A stretch of 64,000 nt of DNA from assembly GCF_004010195.1 (NCBI RefSeq), contig NC_057718.1:63078225-63142224 (forward strand), read 5' to 3'. This stretch comes from Chiloscyllium plagiosum. Taxonomy: Eukaryota. The notes under the pieces were generated by a model. The model did no database searches and was not told the DNA's origin. It was given only the letters and a program-made list of their open reading frames with translations. This document shows, piece after piece, positions 1 to 11,114 of this stretch. Position 1 is the first letter of the stretch. Each line of letters starts with the position of its first letter. Made by a program: the position numbers and the translations under genes.

Positions 1-367
1 GAGACTGGGGAGTGATCTGATGTCTGTTCCTTGAAAGTAGAGTCCCAGGTAGACAGAATAGTGAAGAAGTCATGTGGAATGCTTGCCTTTATCGATTAGT
101 GGATTGAGTAGAGGAGTTGGGAGATCATGTTGTGGCTGTACATTTCATTGGTTAGGCCACTTCTGGAATAGTGTGTGTAATTCTGGTCTCCCTGCTCTAG
201 GAATTATGTTGTGAAACTTGAAAGGATTCAGAAAAGATTTACAAGGATGTTGCTAGGGTTGGAGGATTTCAGCTATAGGGAGAGGCTAAACAGGCTGGGG
301 CTGTTTTCCCTGGAGCATCGGAGGCTGAGGGGTGACTTTATAGAAGTTTACAAAATCGTGAGGGGCA
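1..367 (+). mobile_element. CR1-clade LINE fragment (ORF2 C-terminus), cut off at ERV junction
   Basis: ORF 211-396 gives KLERIQKRFTRML...LGLFSLEHRRLRGDFIEVYKI, typical of the CR1 ORF2 C-terminus. Confidence 0.9.
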
Positions 368-960
368 ACTCTGGAAATCGCCAACCATCAATATAAAAAA
401 GTCCCAATTTCACTTATTCCTCCCCCTCTTAAATAAGGTCCCCTGATCCTATCCTTGCTAAGACCAATTCTTTCGGGCTGGACTAGAAAATAGATTGGGG
501 GGTGGGGGGGGGGTCAGGTCGGACACAACTTGAGTGAAAGGAAAACCAAATGTATATAAAACACTCACATCTGGCCGGCTGAATTCCTCAACACTCAGTA
601 GTGAAGGACTTCAAGGCTCTTCCACCGCTGTCCACAATCCATCCGTGCCGAACCACAAGTCACGGTATCAAATGAAGATCTGAATCCCCAGGAGGGACAT
701 CTCAGTTTCTCAATCAGGCAAAAGAATCACTCGGAATGCAGTCTGTTTAAAGCAAGGTTACCAGTTTAATAAAATAAGGCAGCCTGGTGCAGATTTGTCC
801 AGCAACACAGAGGTTAAAAGCTTCTGTATTCCACGGAGAAATCACACAATTACATTTGAACTATAAGCAATTTTTATATGTTTTTAAGACAGTACAGCCT
901 TAATTACAAGGAAAGACCAATCAAATGTAATAAGTTGACATGATTGACAGCAGGTTAATC
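368..960 (-). mobile_element. Inverted ERV 5' module: partial LTR (673-960), PBS and leader
   Basis: 673-960 is the reverse complement of 4688-4972 (about 90% by manual alignment). It ends ...TCTTCA, contains TATAAAA and ATTAAA, and is followed by TT and a tRNA-His-like PBS. Confidence 0.88.
653..670 (-). promoter_or_regulatory. Retroviral primer-binding site, tRNA-His-like (degenerate)
   Basis: TGATACCGTGACTTG lies 2 nt after the LTR CA end. It matches 12 of the first 15 nt of TGGTGCCGTGACTCGGAT, and all three differences are transitions. Confidence 0.7.
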
Positions 961-964
961 ACCT

Positions 965-2460
965 TTTTAGGTGCTTTTCCTTCGGACATCTTCCTCCAGA
1001 AGTGTTTCAGCCCTTCAATAAGCAGTCATGGCCCCAAGTCGAAATGAAATATTTTTGAACCCCCATTTCCACAAGAACTGGCCAATCCCCTGCTGATATT
1101 GGTAACCGTGCTGCTGAATGTAGCTACAAAACAAGCCGCTCGCAACCTTCTTATGATTGTGCCTAAAATGATGAGTCAGACTGAAAGCTCTGACAAGAGT
1201 GGGTCTACCTTGGATAAATTAATGCCAACCCATTCAAGATATTGTTACTTTACAGAGGGACGCCTCTTAATCTGAAAGGCAGTTGTGGTCCAAAGCCGGC
1301 TGTTGTTGTAGTCCTGTTACTAAACTATGGACCACTCCAGCTGGATAGATTTGTATGTCTGATGGTCTTGCTTTCTGGGTCATTGATTGTCTTCATAATG
1401 CTACACACTGTGATGCTCACTCAACGTCTGGTCTGCTTTTAAACACTTGGTGGCATCCACGCCTCCAACAGATGGCCCAACAAGTAAGTGATGGATGCCT
1501 CACCTGCCAAGAACACAATCCGGGGAAGGGTATTCCTTGTCCTATGGAACAGACACCTTTTCAAACTCTTCTACTTGATTTCATTGAATTAGAAAAGTGT
1601 CAAAACTATAAGTATGTTTTGGTTGTTGTTGATTTTTTTCTCTAAATAGGTTGAAGCTTACTCTATTTCCAAGGCTACTGCCAAAACTGTTGTAAGTATC
1701 CTACTTACAGAGATTATTCCCTGCTTTGGTAGCCCCTTTGTCTATCTTCTGACAATGGTCTTCATTTTACTGGTGACATAAGTGAGGAATTATGCTCTCA
1801 ATTCAGCATCCGCCATCAACTTCATTGTGCTTATCACTCACAGGCTGCAGGTCTTGTGGAGCATTGTAACCAGACTTTGAAAACTAAACTCGCAAAATTA
1901 ACTTGAGACAGGCCTTTTCTGGGTTAAACTATTGCCTCTGGTTCTGTTTTACCTATGCTGCATTCCTGCTGGTAGAACTGGCTTATCCCCTGCCGAATTA
2001 GTTTATGGCCATGCCTTTTGCATACCTTGGAATGACAACACCACCCTTGTCCACTTTCACCACATGGCAGATGACATGTCCTATATCCTTTCCTTAACTG
2101 AAATTTTGTGAGGGCTGCATTCTCAAGTATGTGCTGCTCACGAGAAGCTCCCTTCCCTTGACGGAGTTCACACTATTGAGCCAGGCTCCTTTGTCCTTAT
2201 CAAAAATTGAACATGCCGTGGCCTCCAACCTCAATGGGAAGGACCCTTTCAGGTCCTCCTCACCATATCAACTGCTGATAAAGTCACTGGGTGTTCTGCC
2301 TAAGTTCACACCCATCATTGTAAAGTCACTGGAAAAGCACCGAAAAATGGGGGGGGGGAGGAGGGGGGGGGAGTTGATGGAGATGATGAGAATGAAAGGG
2401 AAGATGATGGAGATGATGAGAATGAAAGGGAACGGAGAAAAGAATCTGAGCCAGACTATT
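965..2460 (+). pseudogene. ERV pol remnant: RNase H C-terminus and integrase (frameshifted, stops)
   Basis: GNRAA...TKQAA near 1101; HNATH...CLTC zinc-finger motif; PFQTLLLDFIE, SDNGLHFTG and AAGLVEHCNQTLK (D,D,E core). Confidence 0.9.
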
Positions 2461-4344
2461 AGGGTGTAGTTGCCTTTTTGAATAGTAATATTCCTTCTGT
2501 TGTAGATATCCTGTTGTAGATATCCTAACCCTTGCTTCAGAAATGACTACCAGGATCAGGATCAATCTCACCCTGCTATATGGACTTGCCATTGCCAGCA
2601 TTAGTGCACAAGAAAGGACCATCTAATCTGTGTGATCCTGAACATCCAGAGACTGTATACCATTTATGCCAGGATGATGTTCTTGTATGCCAAGAAACTG
2701 ACTCCTTTGATGTGTGGAATATTACTCAAGATGACTGTTGTAGTGGTCAACTACATCAATGGAAATATGATCTTTCACTAACAATTTGTTTCTTGAAAGC
2801 CATGATAGAATATTTGGGAAGGATGAAGTGGTTTGTTATGCCCTTAGAGATGGAAATGTGTTGCTGGAGAAGCGCAGCAGATCAGGCAGCATCTAGGGAA
2901 CAGGAGAATCGACGTTTCAGGCATTAGCCCTTACTTCAGCAAAACACTCCTTGACCCCTTTTATCCTCCCAAATCCTAACATGGAGATATGGAATGGTTC
3001 TAAAGCATTTACGGGATATAATATTTCTTTTAATTGTTATCTATCCCCACCCGCTACTTGATTATGGACTTCCTCCAATAAATCCGGGATAACCTATCCA
3101 AATTACTACAATGGTAAGGGATGGGGTGCACTTATGTAAAAGTGCCTAAACTATCCCCTGTGCTATGATCATACGTACCAGTCGTCACTGCTTCCCTGAA
3201 GGACTTCACATCTCATGCGTATGCACTAAGGAGGAATGGGTCTCTATTACCACTGGTATTCAAACCCTTTGTGGGGTGGGTAATAACACCCACCTTCATT
3301 ATGAAACCCCTAATGGCACCAATATCTTCACAATTATGGGATGGGTGAAACCGTTCTGGGACAATAACCACGTCTTTTATCAAGAGACCCATCTCATTCA
3401 ATAGGACAATTTTCACCTTCTATGTTTGGGATCAAACTATGTAATCATGGACTATCCACATACTCCAGGAAGTCACAAAGATAGGCCTGCTTCTTATTAG
3501 GAAGGTTCCTCCATTATCTGTACTAAACTTTTTTTGTTTAGTCATAATAAAGCATCAAACTATTTTGTCTTGAATGAAGCAAGTAGTCCTCATGATGTAG
3601 CTGTAGGAACACTTTTTCCAACTACTGTTCCCTGTCCAATTACCTGGCAATAAGATTGGAATTCCCCTGTTAAACATTCAGTCTCCCCTGAGTTTTGCGC
3701 AGAATGGAAGAATCCAAAGGCTCTACGAAAAAGTAAAACTCACTCTTTGGGATATGCAGCTCTTAGTGTTTTTTTCTGCAGGAGGATCTTCAGGAGTTAT
3801 TAGTCATCAAAACCATAATTATCTCATTTGTGGTCTCACCCTTTTGGGTAATGAGACAACTGCTGCCCTATCATAAATTAGAGACATGTTCAGAATTGCA
3901 CCTATTTATCCAACAAAACCAATATGCCCTCAAATACATACTTGCAAAGGAAGGTGGAGTTTGCACCAAAGGTAAAGGTAAATGCATCATGGGGGTCACT
4001 GACCTCATCGAAAACATTACTTGTCATATCGATAATATCCGTACCTTTGTCAGTCAAGTGAATAAAGGTGCAGGATGGGGAGATTGGGGTTTTAGCTCAT
4101 GGTACAACTGGTTAATCAATATGGCTATATATGCTGCAATTATTTTTAAGATGGTCTTTTTGTTGATATCATTATTGTTAAGTGTATTATTGCTAAGATA
4201 TTAGCTTCTATTGACAACATTGGTTCCACCCAGAAAATGCTTCTTCTCCACTTAGATGAAGATGAGGAAGCAATTTTGCCTGCTCCTGGTCCCTCCCCAG
4301 AAGTAGTAGTATGGCAATCTTTGGCGGCCACTGAATTGGATTAA
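2460..4344 (+). pseudogene. ERV env remnant, gamma-type TM subunit
   Basis: QQNQYALKYILAKEGGVC (immunosuppressive-domain-like), C-X6-C loop, Trp-rich membrane-proximal region, hydrophobic anchor, and an acidic tail ending at TAA 4342-4344. Several frameshifts; 5' boundary approximate. Confidence 0.85.
2853..2939 (-). mobile_element. Penelope-like terminal fragment inserted in ERV env (degenerate hammerhead motif)
   Basis: Same gcagcatc...gagaatcgacgtttc...gccctt motif as the copies at 7172 and 34095. Confidence 0.75.
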
Positions 4345-4402
4345 ATTTGATCCATGCCTTCGCATTTATGGTGTGGTCATAGAATGACCAAAAGGGGGGA
4401 GA

Positions 4403-4972
4403 TGAGGAGTTAAAATTTGAATATAGGCTGTTGTCAGAAGCAGCAAGTATATGTAGGTTTTATTAACCATAAAATGACTTTTCAAATTAAAATAGCACAA
4501 AATGGTTTCAAGTTATGATTTGACAGTGAACCTGCATTTCTAATTCAGCTAACTCAGCAAAGCAGAAGATAAAGCAGACAATGGAGTCTTCATAAAATGA
4601 ATCATAAGACATTAACTAACCACTCAAGCTGCCAGTATGAGACTATGATGTGCGTAAGATAAAACCATTTCTCAGGAAATATCATTGGATTAACCTGCTG
4701 TTAATCATGTCACCTTATTACATTTGATTGGTCTTTCCTTGTAATTAAGGCTGTACTGTCTCTTAAAACATAAAAATTGTTTCTTGTTCAAATGTAATTG
4801 CACATTTTCTCCACGGACCACAGAAGCTTTAAACTCCGTGTTGCTGGACAAAACTGCACCAGGCTGCCTTATTTTCTTAAACTGGTAACCTTGCTTTAAA
4901 CAGACTGCATTCCTAGTGATTCTTTTGACTGATCGCGAAACAGAGAGGTCCCTCCGGGGATCTAGATCTTCA
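4403..4972 (+). mobile_element. ERV 3' LTR (570 bp) preceded by polypurine tract
   Basis: PPT AAAGGGGGGAGA at 4391-4402; TGAGGA...TCTTCA termini; homologous to the inverted copy at 673-960. Confidence 0.9.
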
Positions 4973-5347
4973 GAAGTACATGAAATTTGAGGGGTATGGA
5001 TAGGGTAGACAATCAGAATCTATTTCTGGTGGAAATGTCCAATACTACAGAGCGTAGGTTTAAGATTGGGGGGGGGGGGGGGGGGGGAGGGGGAGTTTAA
5101 AGGAGATGAGCAAGGCAAGTATTTTACCCAGAGGGTGGTTAGTGCCAGGAATACATTGCTGGGGGTTGGGAGAAGTAGATACAATAGCAACATTTGAGGG
5201 GCATTTGGGCAAACATATGAACAGGCAAATATAGAGGGGTATGGACCACATGCAAGCAGTTGTGATTTGCTTAGACTGGCATCATGATCAGCGTGGACAT
5301 AGTGGCCAAAGAGCCTGTTCCAAAGCTACCATATTCTATGTTCTATA
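4973..5347 (+). mobile_element. CR1 LINE 3' end with ATTCTATG-like tail
   Basis: ORF2 end (gaggggtatggataggg...ttttacccagagggtgg) and a 3'UTR ending attctatgttctat. Confidence 0.85.
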
Positions 5348-5896
5348 TTGTTTGTGTATGTTGAGCCTAGGACACTAACTTGAGAAACCTATGTTGTGAG
5401 CAATTCCACAGAAGGCACACCAGCACATATATAATACTCAACCTACTTCAGAACAGTGATAGGCCAGTCCAGCTTCATGAGGTTGGTTCACCATTCATTC
5501 CTTTTTCTAGAGTCCAGTGATTTGGACTTTCAGATGGACAATTTCATGCAGAGGTACAAAATGGTCATTTGACAGAATGAGATGAAGTATAAACTAAATC
5601 GTATAATTTCCAAGATGGTTCAGAAAGAGATTTGGTGGTGTATTTATGAAAATCTTTGAAGGTGCTATGAAATATTGACAATGCTACAAGGCGGCTTAGA
5701 TAATGCTTGGCTTTAATAATAGCAATTTGAGTGCAAAAACAATGAAGTTACATTAAATGTGTATAAAATCTAGTTTAGTGTGTTCAATTCTGGACACCAT
5801 AGGGAGGACATTCAAGTACTTCAAGGTGGTACCAAAGAAACTTTCTAAAGAAGTAAGAAGGATGAGACACCAAAAGAACTGCATATGCGGCAAATC

Positions 5897-6290
5897 AAAT
5901 AAAAACAGAAGCTGCTAGAAAAGCTCAGCTAGTCTGACAGCATCTGTGATGAGGAGTTGATAACAATCCAGTTGGGAGGGTTGATAGTTGTTAATAAAGA
6001 CTGTTAGTGCCCATTGTTAGCCACTTACAGGCTCCATTAATAGCTATTCACCCTCCCAGCCAGATGACCATCTACTCCTTTGTCTGTTCAACTGTGTTGT
6101 CTCTTTGGGCTCAACCCCTACCTATTGTTTACTCCTTATCCTCTCCCCCATCCTGTGTTCTACATATAATCCAACATTTTTCAAGCTACCACCAGTTGAC
6201 TAGTCACTGGACTCAAAACATTAACTTTGATTTCCCTTCACAGATGCTGCCAGACCTGCTGATATTTTCCAGCAACTTCTGTTTTTGTGC
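5897..6290. mobile_element. Penelope-like element ends (family 2), inverted pair
   Basis: aaaacagaagctgctagaaaagctcagc...cagcatctgtg near 5900 is inverted to cacagatgctgccagacctgctg...cttctgttttt near 6240. Confidence 0.65.
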
Positions 6291-6389
6291 CAGGGAAGAG
6301 ACAGCTGAGGGTGGGTTTTGCATTTGTTATTGGAGTGTTTGAAATGATATGTAATTGAGAGTAAATAAGGAGTAACTAAGGCATTAAGC

Positions 6390-6900
6390 CCAGGTCGGAG
6401 GCTGGAAATTCTGCAGCGACACACAGTTAACATTTCAGGTCCGGTAACTCACCCCCTCATTGCCCAAAGCCGGCTATCTGCAAGGCACAAGCACAAGTCA
6501 GGAGTGTGATGAAATACTAAGCTTGAGTTCAGATCCAACAACACTCAAAGAGGCTAGACATTCATCCATGAGAAAACACTTGTTTAACTGCCACCTCATC
6601 CACCACCAAATGAACATTCACAATCTCCATCAATACACAGTGGCAATATTCTATCCTGTCTGCAAGATGCATTCCTGCAACTTACCAAACCTCTTTCAAC
6701 AGCACCATCTAAACCCAGAGATTCTACCATCTAAAAGCAGCAGACACATGGGAAAACAACGGTCTCCAAGTTTACTGACCAGGAACTGTATTGCCATTTC
6801 TTTTTAGCGGCCAAGTAAAAACATATTTTTTAAGAATGTAAAGTTACAACAGAAATGTACATGTCTCCATACCACAAGCACTGCAGCAGTTCATTAAAGT
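6390..6900 (+). mobile_element. Decayed 3' part of the tRNA-headed CR1-clade LINE family
   Basis: aaggcacaag...tcaggagtgtgatgaaatact is homologous to 48640-49000. Confidence 0.65.
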
Positions 6901-7171
6901 TCACTGTCCTTTTTCCCTCCCTTAATCTCTCCCTCCATGCAAACACTCATATGATTGGGTTCATCTGGGTGGGACAACACTAACCAATTTGAATACAACC
7001 AGTCTCACTCTTTCTGCTCCTGCATTGTAATGGCGATTGTCACCCTTCTCCCCACCCCACCTCCCAAATTCATCCTCATGCTATTTCTCATTCGTATGCT
7101 GCCCCTTGATGACATCAACCAAACTCTCAGCACATCTCAATTATTGTTAAAATTGTCAAACTTATTTCTTT

Positions 7172-7578
7172 GGAGAAAGTGAGGACTGCAGATGCTGGAG
7201 ATCAGAGCTGGAAAAGCGCAGCAGGTCAGGCAGCATCCAAGGAGCAGGAGAATCGACATTTCAGGCATAAGCTCTTCTTCAGGAATGAGGAAGGTGTGCC
7301 AAGCAGGCTAAGATAAAAGGTAGGGAGGAGGGACTTGGGGGAGGGGCATTGTGAATGTGATAGGTGGAAGAAGGTTAAGGTGAGGGTGATAGGCCGGAGA
7401 GGCCAAGAAGGCGGTGCCGAGTCCAAGGGTTGGGACTGAGATAAGGTGGTTGGGGTGGAGGGGAAATGAGGAAGCTGGAGAAATCTGCATTCATCCCTTA
7501 TGGTTGGAGGGTTCCTAGGCGGAAGATGAAGTGCTCTTCCTCCAGGCATTGTGTTGCCATGGTCTGGCGATGGAGGTG
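7172..7578 (-). mobile_element. 5'-truncated Penelope-like element (GIY-YIG C-terminus plus terminal repeat) with 14-bp TSD
   Basis: Minus frame reads LEEEHFIFRLGTLQP*GMNADF. TSD AAACTTATTTCTTT at 7158-7171 and 7579-7592. Confidence 0.85.
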
Positions 7579-8858
7579 AAACTTATTTCTTTTCCAAGAT
7601 CATAGTGTTCATGGTTTCTTTCAAGCTTGACATTTTTTCTCCTCTATTTCCAAGTTGTTGAAATACATGAATATACATACATATATAAAATTTGTGTGCA
7701 TTTGTTCTGTTGCACATAAAAATGGCATCTGCTCAAAGCTTCATTTTCCAAGAGTTGACTTCAGAGGCCACATGACTATGACAATTCACAGTACATTGCC
7801 TGCACTATACCTTCTAATTGCAAGTTGGCCATATGCAGTCAAAAAACAAGTTGTCATGCATGGGCAGAAAACAGTTAATTCTAGTCTGTCTCACTTAGGC
7901 ATCATATGCAATCTTTATATCATTAGAAAATCTGAATGCTTTGTGTGTAGGCTGTTGGTTTTCATTTGGTGTCGCTGGGGTAACAGTAACTTTCTTTCTA
8001 ATTGTTCTAGCAAGTTTTACTGCAAATACATTGCATTTGTTCGGGAGCAGTCCTCAAAGTCTGATGATCTATCCATTCCATGTTCAGTTAGCGAAATTAA
8101 ATCTTCCTTATCAGTGCCAGTTGTGAAAGAACAACTTCTTTGGTTACAAAAACAGAAATTACTCGAGATCGCCCAGCAGTTAGTTGAATATTGTGTTCTT
8201 CATTTGGCCCATCAGACAAGTCATTAAGTTACTGGAATATAACTGCATCCAATCTTACCTTCAGTGGCAGGCGACATACCAATAAGTGTGCGTTTAAGAT
8301 TGTACACACCTGTAAATATATTTAACATTAAAACAGGTAAATGGACACTATTCAATAAAGTTTGTAGAAATTAGTTTCTTTTGCATTAGATATTGAGATG
8401 GTTCTTGAGCAGATTCACTCCTTGTGAATGTACATTACCAGTTACTACTTAAGCTTCTGATTTACTGTAATTAATATTAATGCAGTTACTGACCAAGATA
8501 TGGTTCTAAATTTAATGATGCATCTGAACAGGAATCTTAACCAGATTTTTTTTGGGGGGTGGGGTGAGTTTAGCTCAATGATTCCTTGGAAACCCACTGA
8601 TCTGTTCCAGTCAATGACCCAAAACAGATAATACACAAGTTTTAATATGCCAGATTAATGTACATACGTTTTTCATAAACTGTAAATTATCAACTTAATC
8701 CTGTATATTTTGATTAGAAGAATCCAGTAAATAATCCTTAATAGCTAAGCATGGTTCATTTCACATTATGGCCAATCAACAGATTATTCTTAACCAGTAG
8801 ATGCAAAGTAGAATATAGTAAATGACATGTTGGTTTTTCCATCAAGTCGTCATCTGGA

Positions 8859-9000
8859 TAGCTACTATCAGTTCTGAAGGAGGATCACTGGACTCAAAAC
8901 AATAACTCTTTTCTTTTCACAGATGCTGCCAGACCTGCTGAGTTCTCCACCAATTTTTGTTTCAGATTTCCAGCACCAGCAGTTCTTTGCTTTATTTTAT
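8859..9000 (+). mobile_element. Penelope-like terminal fragment (family 2)
   Basis: agttctgaaggaggatcactggactcaaaac...cagatgctgccagacctgctgag...cagcagttctttg. Confidence 0.7.
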
Positions 9001-9929
9001 CACCATGTGGTGTGAAATCTAGGAATGTAATCACAACAGAATGCAAATACTTTAAATTTCTTCAGTAAGCTTAAAACTCAAATTTTAAGATGACCGAAAT
9101 CATTGTCTGCATTTTAATACTAGATAAATACATTGCATTCACTGGAGTAGGTAAGCAAGGGGCTAGATGAGTACAAATCCACAAACTAAAAACAGATTAA
9201 CAAAGCCAATTAAATACAAATTATTCACTGGGAGTTATGTCTAGAGGAACTGGGAGAGAAATTGATTAGGCGACATTTGATCATTGCATATAGTTGTTCT
9301 ACATAACACAAAAATGGAATGTAGGCACAGTGTAAAAAATGTTTGCAACCAAGATAATCACATTTGAGGTTGAACATGCACGAAAAAAAAATTACTAAAG
9401 GCAGTGACCCAACAGTCCTTTAAAATTCTGAATAGGGAGAATTAGAAATTTATGGCAGTGCCCAAACATGGGTTACAAATATAAAAGTCAATATTTGCAA
9501 AAATAAATTTAAGATATACTTATTTTTAACTGGAGGGTAGAATGTGAACTCACTATTGAACAATGGAGGTGAACAGCATAAGATGTTAGGAGGATATGTT
9601 GAGGAATGAAGAAACAAAAGGAAGTGCTGATCAGCTGAATGGAAGCAGGGGTAGGAGGCAGCTGGTGTGAATACAAGTACCTATTATAGGTAAGGTGGGC
9701 TAAATGGTCTGTTTTTGTATCGCAAATCTTAGTAATGCATTCTGCAGAATAGTAATATTACACCAATGAAGAGAATGGAGTAAGTTGCATTTGAAGTTGT
9801 AGCATCATCCAAAGTAAAAGATCTAATTCAATGTGTTGTAAATATTGTAGCAAATGTGGTTCACAACTGATGGATAAATGTCAGCAATGTTAAAACACCT
9901 GCCAAAATTTGATAGTACCAGTGAAACAA

Positions 9930-10967
9930 TTGAGAAATTCAGGTGAATTTTATTATTTGGAGAACAAAAACAAGCAATATCAAAATCACAAGTCAGATTT
10001 TAAATGTAAACCAAATTTATTTTGCTCTTAAGTAGTGTTCTTGAAGCACTACAGCATGGTAAACAATGTAAATTAGTACAAGTCATTTCAAAAGCCATCA
10101 GTATTTCCATGAGCTGTTTATAAAGATGCAGCCTATGCTAACTCGATAAATATTTAACCACTTTCACTTAGAATTAATGAAAGCTCACAAATGAGCAACA
10201 CTCCTCATTGAGGAAAACAAAAAGCTGTTGTCGACAAAGCGACAGCACATACATAGACAAAAAAAATTCATAAAAAATAACCAAGTGTACTGTGTTCCCA
10301 AGTCATTCAAGATGCTTTACACTGGGATGATATGCACATGATCTTGCCGCAAACCCATCTGGCTAGAATTGCATTAATTCAAGTCAAGCATTACCATTTC
10401 TTCCAACTACCCATGGATACAATTGATAAGCAGCACTGGGACATGCCTGACAGACAACCCTTTTGAACATTGCTTCCCCCCATAGATCACTTTAATTCCT
10501 AGGCTGCAAAACTTAAAGAAAGGCTACACTATAACAAAGTAACACACCTAATTAAAGAAATTGGTGATCATTTCCAGAAAATAATTCCTATATCTGTTGT
10601 ACACTTTGCAAACAGAGGCACAAGCAAAGTCCACTTCTCAGCTGTCCTCTGTTACCCCCTCGCAAAACCATAAAATGGGGCACAAGTGATCTTTAAAAAG
10701 TGATTTAATTCATATAACTGCATGCAAATCTAAACAAAGATGACAAAACTTTTAATTTATAACAATGGAAAAAAGGTATTACACAAGAAAACTGCTTATA
10801 GAAATTGCATACTAAGTAAAAAGAGCTACCAGGTGACAAAGGGTTTAATATACATATATTGGCATCGTTTTTGGTCAACACACATAGATGTGCAATTACC
10901 TTCTGCAAAGCTACATTAATGGTGGCTGAACAGAAGAAATAGCACAACTTGGTTTACTCCATATGTT
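9930..10967 (-). other. XPO1: Probable XPO1 3'UTR with candidate AATAAA poly(A) signals
   Basis: About 1 kb of AT-rich sequence after the stop with no recognisable repeat. Minus-strand AATAAA occurs at 10016-10021 and 9949-9954. The end point is inferred. Confidence 0.6.
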
Positions 10968-11114
10968 TCAATCAACCATTTCCTCTGGAATTTCATGTGG
11001 GTTAAGAATACCAGGAACAGACATCTGAAGTTTATGCTTTTCTTCTTGGGCCTGTCGTAAAGCAGCTTCTCTCTCTTCCAAGAACAAGTCAGCACTATCT
11101 TCCCCAGCAAATTC
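10968..11114 (-). CDS. XPO1: XPO1 terminal coding exon 19/19 (147 nt incl. stop; C-terminal helix and acidic tail)
   Basis: tgcag|[48 protein letters not shown]. Confidence 0.96.
   Translation of the reverse strand, partial: EFAGEDSADLFLEEREAALRQAQEEKHKLQMSVPGILNPHEIPEEMVD

Noticed and set aside
3830..4204. Env TM ORF as a captured syncytin-like gene
   Set aside because: The upstream SU region has multiple stops, frameshifts and a Penelope-like insertion; no intact env
7655..8227. 190-aa plus-strand ORF
   Set aside because: Non-ATG start, no recognisable domain, and its 3' part includes a Penelope-like fragment (caaaaacagaaatt); probably a chance ORF
1..9900. USP34 first exon or promoter downstream of XPO1
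   Set aside because: No CpG island or recognisable USP34 N-terminal coding sequence seen
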